Shown here: piece after piece, positions 25,045 through 40,416 of the stretch
Layout of the letters: each line of letters opens with the position of its first letter
Position numbering within the stretch: position 1 is the stretch's first letter
Assembly: GCA_015134695.1 (NCBI GenBank)
Contig: CP043987.1
Location: 14,423-78,422 of the forward strand
Origin: Candidatus Stammera capleta
GTDB taxonomy: Bacteria; Pseudomonadota; Gammaproteobacteria; Enterobacterales; Enterobacteriaceae
DNA length: 64,000 nucleotides
Reading direction: 5' to 3'
Notes under the pieces: generated by a model
What the model was told of the DNA's origin: nothing
Databases searched by the model: none
The model's input: the letters and a program-made list of their open reading frames with translations, nothing else
Made by a program: the position numbers and the translations under genes

Positions 25045-25215
25045 TTATTTTTTTAAATATTTATAACCTTTATAAAATCCATTTTTGCTTATATGATGAT
25101 ATAATCCTATATCATTATTTTTTTTATCAATAAATAAAGTTGGTAAAGATAAATGTTGATGAGATCTACGACTTCCTCTTTTAGATCTACTTTTCTTACT
25201 TTTTTGTACTGCCAT
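25045..25215 (-). CDS. rpmF: 50S ribosomal protein L32
   Basis: [22 protein letters not shown]...[17 protein letters not shown] aligns with E. coli L32 ([22 protein letters not shown]...HHITADGYYRGRKVIAK). Confidence 0.95.
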   Translation of the reverse strand: MAVQKSKKSRSKRGSRRSHQHLSLPTLFIDKKNNDIGLYHHISKNGFYKGYKYLKK

Positions 25216-25271
25216 ATTTATTTTTCCTTTTAATATTAATAATATTAATATAAATTTACATTTAAATATAT

Positions 25272-26180
25272 TTATTTAATTAAATTAAATTTTTTACTAT
25301 AATTAGCATATAATTTTATTTTTTTATTTAATATAGGATAAAAAAAAGATAAATAATATGAATGTAAAAATAATCTATTAGTTTTAAACTTTAAATAAAA
25401 TAAATTATTTAAATATTTATTACCATATATATGGTCTCCTATAATTGGACAATTAACACTACTAGTATGAATTCTTATTTGATGATTACGACCAGTAACA
25501 GGAATTATATCTAATAAAGTGTATTTTTTAAATTTTTTTTTTATTTTAAAAAAAGTTTTAGAATATTTTTTATCTTTTAAAAAAAAATATATTTTTTTTT
25601 TATTACAAATATAATTTTCTATTTTAGAAATATTTTTAGGTCAATTTCCATGCACAATACCTATATATTTTTTTTTAATTTTATTATATTTAAAAATATT
25701 ATGTAAATAACATAAAATATTTTTATTTTTTGATAACAATAATAAACCAGAAGTATCTTTATCTAATCTATGTACTAATTCTATATAATTATTATTTATA
25801 TACATATTTCTAAAAATATTTATAATACTTAAATTAACATTAGTTCCTCCATGAACACATCAACCACAAGGTTTATTTATAGCCAAAATATATTTATCTT
25901 CATAAACTATATATTTTCTAAATTTTTCTATGATATATTTATCAATATAAATACATTTCTTTTTAATTTTTATTAAAGGTATACGAATTATATCATTTAA
26001 TTGTAATTTATATTTATAAATAACACGTTTTTTATTAACTCTTATATTACCTTTACGTAATAAAGAATATATTTTACTTTTAGGTAAAATTTTTATTATT
26101 TTAAATAAAAAATTATCTATACGCTGATTTACACTATTACAATTAATTCTAATAAAAGTTAAAAAAAAATTATTAATCAT
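25272..26180 (-). CDS. rluC: RluA-family 23S rRNA pseudouridine synthase (RluC-like, S4 domain)
   Basis: ORF 25860-26180 continues KPCG-W-CVHGG... [15 protein letters not shown] ... GRNHQIRIH to TAA 25272-25274; 302 aa. Divergent from rne, as in E. coli. Confidence 0.75.
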
Positions 26181-26261
26181 ACAATTATTATAAATAATTT
26201 TTAAAATAATAATATTATTATTTTAAATATTTTAAAAATAATTTTCTATAAATGGAGAATA

Positions 26262-27917
26262 ATGAAAAGAATATTAATAAATAATGTTAATAAAAAAAAA
26301 TTGAGAATTGCTTTAATTAATAAAAACAAACTATATAGTATATATATAGAAGGTAAAAATTACATAAGAAAAAAATTAAATATATATAAAGGAAAAATTA
26401 CACATATAGAACCAAGTTTAGAAGCAGTATTTGTAGATTACGGAGAAAAAAAAAATGGATTTTTACCTATTAAAGAAATAAATAAAAAATATTTTAAAAA
26501 ATTATATAAAGGAAAAGAAATATTAGTACAAATAAATAAAGAAGAAAGATTAAATAAAGGAGCTCTATTAACTACTTTTATAACATTAGTTAATAGTAAT
26601 TTAATATTAATGCCTAATCATTCAAAATTCATAGGTATCTCAAAAAAAATAGAAGGCGAAAATAGAAATAAGATAAAATTAATATTAAAAAAAATAAATT
26701 TACCAAAAAATATGGGAATAATAATACGTACTTCTAGTATTGGAAAATCTTTAGAAAAAATTAAATCAGATATTAAATTAAGTATAAAAAAATGAAAAAA
26801 AATTAAATATAAATTTAAATTATTAAAAACACCCAGTTTAATTTATAAAAATAAAAATATATTATATAGTATATTAAGAGATAATTTATCACAAGATATA
26901 AAAGAAATACTAGTAGATAATTATAATACTTATATATTATGTAAAAAATATATAAAAAAACTAGATAAAAAAAAATTTATAAATAAAATAAAATATTATA
27001 ATAAAAATATTCCTTTATTTAGCAATTTTAAAATTGAAAATCAAATAGAAGAAATATATAAAAGAAAAATAAATTTACCATCTGGAGGATCTATAATTAT
27101 AGATATAACAGAAGCATTAACATCTATAGATATTAATTCATCAAAATCAAAAAATGAAAAAAATATAGAAAATACAGCATTAAATACAAATCTTGAAGCT
27201 ATTAATGAAATAGCTAGACAACTATGTTTAAGAGATTTAGGAGGATTAATAGTAATAGATTTTATAGATATGATAAAAATTAGTAATAAAAAAATAATAG
27301 AAAATGAATTAAAAAAAATTATTAAAAATGATAAAGCAAAAATAAATATAGGAAATATATCTAAATTTGGTTTATTAGAAATGTCAAGACAAAGAATAAA
27401 CACATCACTAAAAGATTTAAATTCTTATATATGTCCAAAATGTAATGGATTAGGTTATATAAGAAATATAAAATCATTATATTTCAATATATTTAAAATA
27501 ATTGAAGAAAAATCTTTTATAAAAAATACAAAAGAAATACATGTAATAGTACCAATTAATATAGCTACGTATTTAATTAATAATAAAAAAAAAAATATAT
27601 ATTATATAAATAATAAAAAAAATAAAAAAATTAAAATAATAATTTTACCAAATAAAAAATTAAAAGTTCCTAATTATCATATTTTAAGAATTAAAAATAA
27701 AAAAGAAAATATTAATAAAAATTTATATAAAAAAAATATTTTTTTAAAAAAAATATATTATAAAAATAATTTTAATAAAAATAATAATAATTTTAAAAAT
27801 ATATTTTTTTTATATATTAATAATATAAATAATTATATAAATAAATTTATTAATAATTTTATTAATTTAAATATATTTAAAAAAAGAATTTTTTATAATA
27901 AAAAAAATAATAAATAA
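26262..27917 (+). CDS. rne: Ribonuclease E, catalytic N-terminal half only
   Basis: ORFs 26262-26795 and 27270-27917 are in the same frame; I read the middle and found it open. S1 domain IYKGKITHIEPSLEAVFVDYG, then SGGSIIIDITEALTSIDINS, LEAINEIARQLCLRDLGGLIVIDFIDM and Zn-link CPKCNGLG. 551 aa versus about 1060 in E. coli. Confidence 0.85.
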
Positions 27918-27932
27918 TTATATAAATAATAT

Positions 27933-30386
<2,454 letters not shown>

Positions 30387-30398
30387 TCTTATATATAA

Positions 30399-31130
30399 AT
30401 GAAAAAAATAAAATTTTATAAATTCATAAATTCTAATATATATAAAAAATATAATATTTTTCATATTATAGGAAATAATTATATACAAAGAAAAAAATGT
30501 GTAAATTATATTAAAAAAAAAATAAATAATAAAATAAAAAATATTAATATAATTAATTTTATTATAGACAAAAAAAATAATTTAAATATTATAAAAAATC
30601 ATATTCTAAATAATAATTTATTTTCAATAAATAAATTATTAATAATAAACATTATTAAATATAATAATAATTTATATAAAAAATTATTAAATAACATTTC
30701 AATTAATATTAAAAATAAAAATATATATTTTATAATAATATATAATTATATTTCATATAATGAAAATATTATAAAATATTTTATTAAGAAAAAAAATATA
30801 TTAATAAATTGTTTTAATAAAAAATTTTATAATAATAAAATATCTAATATATTAAAATATAAATATATTAAAAATATATTTTTATACTTAAATAAAAAAA
30901 ATATTATTAAAATATTTTTTTTACTAAAAAAAATAAAAAAAAAAAATAATATAAAAAATATTATAATAAATATTTTATTTAAATATATTATTAATAATAT
31001 TAATAAATTTAATAAAAAAAAATTAAATAAAATTTTTAAATTAATTAAAATATCTGAATTAAAAATTAAAAATAATATACATTTATCATGAAATTGTATA
31101 GAAATAATTATAATAAAAATTATTAAATAA
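30399..31130 (+). CDS. holA: Probable DNA polymerase III delta subunit (shortened)
   Basis: Directly downstream of leuS, as in E. coli (leuS-lptE-holA). Weak but collinear similarity: YNIFHIIGNNYIQRKK vs AAYLLLGNDPLLLQES, NLFSINKLLIIN vs SLFASRQTLLLL, and C-terminal ISELKIKNNIHLS-W vs RTELTLKQDYGQSVW. 243 aa versus 343. Confidence 0.55.
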
Positions 31131-31154
31131 AAAAAAATATAAATATATTAAATT

Positions 31155-33029
31155 TTATATAGAAATTCTTTTAGATATATTATTATAATATCTATTATTA
31201 CTTTTTAAACTATTAATAAAAATATCTTTATCTGCATAAATAGTTATTTTTTTTTTAGCTCTAGTTAATGCAGTATATATCAATTCTTTATTTAATAAAG
31301 AAGAAAAATAATTTGGTAAAATTAATAAAACATGATCAAATTCTGAACCTTGAGATTTATGAACTGTAATACATCAAGTATGATCTCAATTTTTGATATT
31401 AACAAAATAAATAATTTTATATTTTTTTTTATAATCTATATGTAAAATTTTTAATTTATTATTTTCAAATATTATAAAACAAGTATCACCATTAAATAAT
31501 TTTAGATCATTATTATTTTTAGTTATTATTATTGGTTCACCAAAATAATATGTTTTATTATTATTAATAATTAAATTAGATGATTTATTATTATTAATAA
31601 AATAATTATTTATATATTTATTTAATTTAATTAAACCATATTTAGTTTTTTTAATAACAGAAATAATTTGAAATTTATTAAAATAATGTAATAATTTTAA
31701 AAAATTATTTTTTTCTTTAATATATTTAAAATAATAAATATAATTACTAATACAATTTTTTAATAAAAAATCATAATTAAATTTATTAGAATCATAAAAA
31801 TTAAAATTATTATTAAAATTATTTTTATATAAAAATTTTTCTATTTTATTTCAATCATTAATATTTAATAAATTAATAAATTTATTTAAATAAAATTTTT
31901 TATTAAATCTATAATTTTTAATTAAATAAGTTATATTATTATTTAACTTATTAATATCAATATATAATTTTACAAAATTTAAATTATATTTTAAAAAAAA
32001 ATTTAAAAAAAAACTTATATTTTTTGAAAAAGAAAATTTATATTTACATATTTCATTAAAAACAGAACTGGATTTTATTGCTCCAATTTGATTACTATCA
32101 CCTATAAAAATTATTTTATTAAATCTATTATTTAATAATATACACATATAATAAAAAACAAATAAATCTATCATAGAAGATTCATCAATAATTAAAATAT
32201 TTATATTCAAAATATAATTATTTTTTAAAAATTCTTTTTTATAAAAAAAATTTAAACCTAAAAATTTATGTAAAGTAATTGCTTTATTAGGTAATTTTTT
32301 TTTAATTTTTTTTTTAACTTTTAATAAATCATAATTTTTATTTATATAATTAGTCAAACAAGAAGCAGATTTTCCTGTATATGAAACTATATTAATAGAA
32401 TCCTTATATTTTAGTTTTAAAAATCTATATAATAATAAAATTATTTTAGTAATTAAAGTAGTTTTTCCAGTTCCTGGACCACCAGATATTATAGATACTT
32501 TATTAAAAAATATATTTAATATAGAAATTTTTTGATATATATCAATATCAATTTTATTTAAATAATATAAAATATTTAATATTTTTTTTTTACTTAAAAA
32601 TATTTTTTTATTTAAATTAATTTTAAAAAAATTTATTATAGTTGTTTCATATACTCAATTTTTATATAAATAAATACATTCATTATATAAAATAAATGGT
32701 GTATTAAAATTATTATAATACATACTAATTATGTTATTTTTAAATAAAATATTTATACTTTTTTTAATAGAAATATATTTTTTAAAAAAAAAAAATAAGT
32801 AATTATTTATATTTTCAGAAAAAATATTTTTTTTTAAAAGTTTATTAATATATAAACATGTATTTCCTAATCTACTAGAAAAACTTAATAATGCAGAATA
32901 TAACATAATAACTTCTGAATCAAAGTTATTTTTTATACAAAATAATTTAGAAAAATATATATCTAATAAATCTAATTCTTTATTTTTATAACATAATCAT
33001 AAAAATTTATTTACATTAATAATACACAT
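31155..33029 (-). CDS. recD: Exodeoxyribonuclease V alpha subunit RecD
   Basis: ATG 33029, with AAGGA 9 nt upstream. N-terminal LDLLDIYF...[16 protein letters not shown], Walker [29 protein letters not shown]-terminal [16 protein letters not shown]. Track ORFs 32655-32906 and 31851-32357 are in frame; 624 aa. Confidence 0.9.
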
Positions 33030-33043
33030 TATTATTATCCTTA

Positions 33044-36000
33044 CTATATAAAAATATTTTCTAATTCTGAAATTAATTTAATTGTAGGTTTAAAATATGA
33101 AATACCAGTATAAGATCTATTATTATTAATATCAATAAATAAACCTCTTAAAAATATATAATATACTCCACCAAAATTATTGTTATAGTTATAATTTTTA
33201 AAATTTAACTTTAAGTATCTATGTAAAGCAAAAGAATATATTTGATATTGTATATCATATCTATGATATAAAATTGTTTTTAAAATATTTTTTTTATTAT
33301 AAAAATTAAAATTATCACCTAATCAATTTAATTTATAATCTATTATATAAAATTTATTATTATACATAAATATAAAATCTATAAAACCATTTAAAAATCC
33401 TTTAACACTATATTTATATATATAATCTTTAGATAAACTAGATATTTTATTATATTTTTTTAGTATATTATTAAATTTAATAAAATCTATACTTTTATTA
33501 ATAGGTAAAAAAAACTCAAATTCTTTAAAATAATTATTAGAATTTATATTAATTAAATTAATTTTTAAAGGATATAAAAAAACATTTAAAATATTTAATA
33601 AAATTTTTTTTATATTAAAAAAATATTTTTTTTTTATATTATAAATAAACATATTTTTTAATAATAATTTATTTTTTAATTTATCAAAAAAATTAATTTT
33701 TTCTAATATTTTATGAAAAAATATACCTATTTTTTTTCCTCTAGGTAAAATATTTACATATTTTTTATTTATAATGTTATTTTTACTAATATAGTTAGTA
33801 TGTTTTTTAAATAAATTTACTATATTAGTAAAATTTATTATTTTATTTAATTTATTAATTTTATTAATTTTAATATTTAAATTATAATTTTTATTAAAAA
33901 AATATTTATAAATTTTTAAATCTTTTAATTTTATAAATTTATTTAAATTAATAAAATAATATTTTATATATTTACATTTTAAAAAAATTGAAAATATATT
34001 TTTAATATTTAAAAAATCAAAATAATTATTTTTAGATATTAATTTACCTATAGAAGTAAAACAAAATTTTTTATTATATAATTTTGATATTTCATATAAT
34101 AAAATATTACATTGATATATAGATCTAGTAATTGCTACATATAATATTCTCATTTCTTCAGAAGATAATTCTTCATACATATAATTTTTATATTTTTTAT
34201 TTTTATATAAATCAATATTAATTATATTATTTTTACGATTATGATATATATTATAATAATTACATAAATTTAAATTAATTAAAAAAGGTATTCAAACAAT
34301 ATTATATTGTAAACCTTTAGATTTATGAATAGTAGAAATTTTAATTCCATCATTTTTATTAAATATAGAACGTATATAATATTTTTTATTATAATTAATA
34401 TTTATATTATTAATTTTTTTATTTAATCAATCTAATAATAAATATTTATTTTTAATTAAAAATGATTTTTTTAATAATATTTCAGCAATATGTGATATAT
34501 TAATATCACTTTGTTCATCTTTATAATTATAATTATTATTTATATTTTTTTTTTTTTTTAATAAATATATAATTATAGAATAAATATTATAATCATTTCA
34601 TATTTTATAATAACTATAAAAATCATCTATTATTTTTACATAAGTATTTTTATTTTCTAATAAATCATTTATATATAAAAAATCATATCCAAATATATTT
34701 GTTGATAATGCATTACGTATATTTAAATTTGATTCTGGATAAAGAATTCCCTTTAATATAAAAAAAATCTCTTTAGCTTCTAAAGAATTAAATACATTAC
34801 TTTTATCTAAAATACAATCAACAGGTAAAAAAAATTTTTTAAAAACATCAAATAATAATTTAATCTCGTAATTTTTATATACTAATATTGAAATATCAGA
34901 AGGTAAAATATTTCTTTTAAAATTATTTAAATCATTTAAATAATATTTTTTAGAATTTAATATATTAAAAATTTTAATAGCACAAAATTTAGCTATTTTT
35001 TTTTTATAATTAAAATTATTAAAATTATTAATTATAAAAAAATTCATAGTTGATTTTACTTTTTTTTTTTTAAAAAATAATAATTTTTTATTATTTTTTG
35101 CAGGTAAAATAGAAAAATATTTTATATTATTAAATATAAATGGATTATTAAAATTGTTAAATAAAAAATTAATACTTTTAACTAAAATATAAGATGATCT
35201 TCAATTAATATTTAAAAAATATAAATAATCTATATTTTTTTTAAATTTTATATAACTAAAAATATTTGCTCCTCTAAAAGAATAAATAGATTGTTTAGGA
35301 TCACCAACAAATATTATTTTTGTATCATTAAAATTTTTATTTAAATAAATTAATTTAAAAATTTTATATTGTAATAAATCAGTATCTTGAAATTCATCTA
35401 TTAATAAAATAGGAAAATTTTTTCTAATATAATTACAAATAAAATTATTCCTATCTTTTAACAAAACAAAATATAATTTCTCTATTAAATCATTAAAACT
35501 TATACAATTATCTTTCTTTTTTAAAAATAAAATTTCTTTTTTAATATACTTAATACATTTAAAAATTATAAAATTATAAAAATCATTTTTTATTAAAAAA
35601 AGATAATCTATACAAGATAAAAGTAATTTATTTTTAATACTGATATTTATATTAAATTTTAATAAATATTTATAACTAAATTTATATATACATTTAGGAA
35701 TATAAAAATTATTTGTATCACTTTTAGCTCATAAATTTATTTCATTTAAATATTTATTAATATTTATATATTTATATAAAAATTTATATTTTTTAATAGA
35801 AATAAATAATTTATATATACTATTAAAATTTAATAACCATCTTTTTTTAAAATTAATTATATAATTAATAATTTTATTATAACAATCATTTATAGAACTA
35901 TATTTATTTAAAAAATTAAATTTTAAATTAGTAAAATTTAATATAGGTAAAATACAAAGAAATAATTTATTTGGATTAGATCAATAAAAATAAATAATTT

Positions 36001-36535
36001 CACTAATTAAAAAAGATAAATTATAAAAATATTTACGTCAAAATAAAATAACTATATTATATATAAAATTATTATTATAATTTATTATTTTAGAAAAATA
36101 ATTTATATTAGAATTAATAAAATAATAATATAAAATTTTTTTGCAAAAACTATGAATAGTAAAAATAGAAAAATTATTTATATTATTTTCATAATCTATT
36201 ATTAAATTCAATATATTAATTTTTTTTTTTATATGTAGATATATATTTTTTAAAAAATAATCATTTGTATTATGATTTTCAAATAAAATACGTAATTTAA
36301 CAATATTATTTAATAACCTATTTTTTATTTCTAAAGTAGCTAAATCAGTAAAAGTAACAATTAAAATATTATCAATAAATAAATTATTAAATTTATAATC
36401 AATATTTATATTAAATAAAAATCTTAAATATATTAAAGATAATATATTAGTTTTACCAGTACCTGCAGATGCTTCTATTAAATTACTTTTTCCTAAAAAA
36501 ATATTTAAAAAATTTGAACTATTAATATTTAACAT
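33044..36535 (-). CDS. recB: Exodeoxyribonuclease V beta subunit RecB
   Basis: Five track ORFs share one frame; I checked 34181-34597 codon by codon and found only TGA. Walker A IEASAGTGKT, LIDEFQDTD, VGDPKQSIYSFRGA, nuclease motif GFIDFIFMYNNKFYIIDYKLN-W-LG. TAG stop at 33044-33046; 1163 aa. Confidence 0.9.
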
Positions 36536-36547
36536 ATTTTTATATTT

Positions 36548-39500
36548 TTATAATTTATTTATTATTAAATTATTAAATACAGGTAATAACCAATATTCTA
36601 TTTGTTTTATAATTAAATTAATATCTAAAATATTATAATATTTTTTAAACAAATAATTTATATATATATTATTAATTTCTTCTTTAAAATAATGATTATT
36701 ATAGAAATAATTATAAATTTTTCTTTTAGCAATATTTAAATAAAAATTATTAACAATATTTTTATTTTTATAATTATAAGCAGAAAATATTCATAAATTA
36801 CATAATCTAGGGAATAATAAAATAGGACAATTAAAATTATTTAAATATCCATTAGTATATTTAATTAAAAAATATTTAGAATCTTTTTTATTTAAATTAG
36901 AAAATGATCAAATATAATTATATCCATATATATAACTATTTTTTTTTCCTCCTAAATAACAATATATTAAATGATCTATCCATAATAATAATGCATCCAT
37001 AATATATAAATTTCTTGGAAATCATTTAAATATACCATTATCATTAGATATAGTAAAATTACCTTTAATATATAAATTATTTATTTTAAAAAAAAATTCT
37101 TTATTAAAACAATTTAAATATTTTTCTTTAATTAAACTAATAAAATATAATATTTTATATTTTTCTTTTTTTCATATAATATTACCTATATGAGAAAAAG
37201 GTAAAATATTTATTTTTTTTAAATAATTTAAAATATCAAAATTATTAATATTATTATTAATTAATAAATTTATAATATTTAATTTAATATAATAATATTT
37301 ATTATTATTTAAATTAAATAATTCATTATTATCAATATTTTTATTATAAATATAATAATTTAATCGAAAAACTTTTCTAAATAAATATTTTATAGGATTT
37401 AACCAAAAAATATGAAATTCTGATAAATTAATTAAATAATTACTTTTATAAATATCTAAAAAATTTGTTTTATTAATATAAAAATATTTTTTAAAATTTA
37501 TTTTAATAATATTTTTTATTTTTTTAGAATATAAAATATATTTATTATTATTTCTAATAATATTAAATTTTAAATTATATTTATAATTAAATAAATTTAA
37601 TACTTCAGATGGAAAAGAAAAAATATTTTTATCAAAATCATAATTAATATAACTAATATATAGTTTTTTTTTAGTAAAATATATTTTTTCTAAAAAAAAA
37701 TATTTATCACTATTATATTTATCATGATCACCTAATCTAGGGTAATAATTAATCAAATTTAAACTACAAGTATTGTTTTGTTTAGGAAAAATATTATTAT
37801 TTAAACCTATCATACAAACTATTTTATAAGGTAAAAATATTAAAGAAGAAAAAGAACAAAAATTTATATGACTTATAGAATATAATTTTCTAGAATTAGA
37901 TTTTAAAAAAAAAATTAATATTTTTTTAAAAAATTCTAAATTTATTAACTTTTTATCTGAAGTAAATTTTTTATATTTATATAATTCATTAATCTTTTTA
38001 TTTAATAAAATATTTTTAATTAAATATTTCTCATAAAAAAAATCTTTTAAAAATTTATTACATATATATATTCAATTATAAAAATTATATTCTTTATTTA
38101 AAATATCTTTTCAATAAAAAATTTTAAATACAAAATTACATATTTTTTTAATAAACTTATTAAAAAAATTACTAGACGGAAAAGAATAAGGAACAATATT
38201 ATTTCAAATACTAAATTCATTATTAATACAATAACCTAATAAAATTCTTTTTATACTATCAATCCAAGTATGATAATTAAAATTATTATCAAATAATTTT
38301 TTTTTTAATTGTATAAAATTTAAATTTACTCCTATATCTTTTATAATATATAAAATTATATTTAGTTCATCATATGATATATTAAATTTTTTAAAAATTA
38401 TTTCTTCTTTTAAGAAACTTAATAAATCACTAAAATTATAATCTAAATTATATATATTTAATAATTTAATAAACAAATCTAATATTTTATTATTATATTT
38501 ATTATATTTTTTTAAAATTTTAAAAGGTAAATAATCCTTATATAAAGGATCAGAAAAAATTCCTTTAATATATGGATAATATTTTTCTATATCAGTAACA
38601 TATACAATTATATCTTTAACATTAAAATTTTTATTTAATATTAAATTTAATAAAAATTTTTTTAATTGTTTAACTTCTTCTAAATATCCATTACAAGATT
38701 TTATTATAACAGAATTATCATTTTTAATATTAATATTATTATTAATTTTTAAAATATTTTCATATATATTAAAATTTTTAAAATGTAAAATACTATTTTT
38801 AATAGTATATAAAAAATTTTTCTTTTTTATATTTTTAAAATATTTTTTTTCATTAATATTTATTTCAAAAAATAAAGATAAATATTGAGCAAAATATTTA
38901 CCATAATTAATTAAAAATATATTTAAATCATTAATATTTTCATTATTATTAACATTATTATATGTATAATATAAATTTATATCATATCAATATTTATAAC
39001 AAGGATTAATTAAAAAATAATCAACTTTAATAAATCTTGATACTTTATATAAAATATTTAAATATATTGGTGGAATATTAATAATATTAAATATCAAAAT
39101 ATGATTAATTTTGTTTTCAGGAAATTTATATTTTTTTTTTTTTAAAATATTTAAAATACTATAATAAATAGTAGATTTGTTTCACTTACAAGATAATTTT
39201 TTTATAAAAAAATTATTTATTTTTATTCATAATATTCTTTGTCATTCATAATTAATATTATTTTTAATTTCTTCAATAACAATATTATTTTGTCATTTAT
39301 TTAATCAATCTACTCTATACATAAGATATTCATCATAAATATTAGATATTCGTATAGATAAATTAAATAACTTATTATTATTATAATCATTTTTTAAATA
39401 TCTTTTTATAATATAAAATTCTTTAAAATTAATACATTTTGGTAATAAATATAGTATTACTAATATTAAATTATTTTTTTTAAAAAAATAATTATTTGAT

Positions 39501-39739
39501 ATTTTTGGAAGCAAAATTTTATATAATTTTCATATAAATTTTCCTGTTAAAATAAATTTCAAATTTGCATATATACCTATTTTATTAGCTAAAAACATTT
39601 TCAACATTAAAGATATATTATTATTAGGTATTAATATAAAAAAATTATTTAAAAAAATATTTTTTTTTTTTTTATATATAATGTTAAACATTTTATTTTT
39701 TAAAATATTTAAATTATTAGACTGATATAAAGTAAACAT
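36548..39739 (-). CDS. recC: Exodeoxyribonuclease V gamma subunit RecC
   Basis: Start at the internal Met 39739 (MFTLYQSNNLNIL = E. coli MLRVYHSNRLDVL). FI-W-KLY..., KLFNLSIRISNIYDEYLMYRVD-W-LNK-W-Q and INPCYKY-W-YD align with E. coli RecC, with Trp as TGA. 1063 aa; the stop lies 12 nt before recB. Confidence 0.9.
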
Positions 39740-39777
39740 AATTAAGTAATTTATAATAATTAATAAAAAAAATAATA

Positions 39778-40272
39778 TTAAAAATAAAAATATAATATTA
39801 CAGATATAATAAACAAAAAAATACAAAAATAAAATTCTTTATTTCTATTAATAAATAAATATAAAAATGGAATTCTAAATTTATATTTACAAGGTCATAG
39901 AAAATATATACCACGGTTAGTAATCATATCAGCTAAAATATGACTTATATAACCTACATAAATACCAATAATAATATTTAAATCTAAAATAAAAAAAAAA
40001 TTTAAATATATAATTATATTAAATATAATAAATAAGAAAAATAAACTATGTGTAATAGTTCTATGTTTAAAAAAATAAAACAATAAATAAGAAATTATTT
40101 TAAATTTATAACCAATATAAGATCTAGGATGATCTATATCTGGAAATATAGAAAAAAATAAAGCAACAATTGTTATACATCATATATTATAATTTATATT
40201 AAGTAAATTTAAAATTTTAATCAAAAATATAATTAAAGAACAGCAAAATATTAAATGATTTTTTATATACAT
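39778..40272 (-). CDS. ydjM: YdjM-family membrane-bound metal-dependent hydrolase
   Basis: FPDIDHPRSYIGYKF...FKHRTITHSLFF...GYISHILADMITNRGIYFL-W(TGA)-PCKYKFRIPFL aligns closely with E. coli YdjM (LPDIDHPKSFLG...GHRGFTHSLL...GYLSHILADMLTPAGVPLLWPCRWRFRLPIL); 164 aa. Confidence 0.75.
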
Positions 40273-40416
40273 TTAAATATTAAAATAATAATAAGATTAT
40301 TATATATTTATATTTATTTTTTTTTAATATATAAATATTAAATATTTATATTATAAAATTATAATATAATATAAACATATATGTGTATATAATAATATTA
40401 TTTAAATAAATAAAAT

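Noticed and set aside
39740-39826. N-terminal extension of the recC ORF (MYFFVYYICNIIFLFLILFF...).
   Set aside because: Alignment with RecC starts at the internal Met (39739, MFTLYQSN = MLRVYHSN). The extension overlaps the 3' end of ydjM read in another frame.
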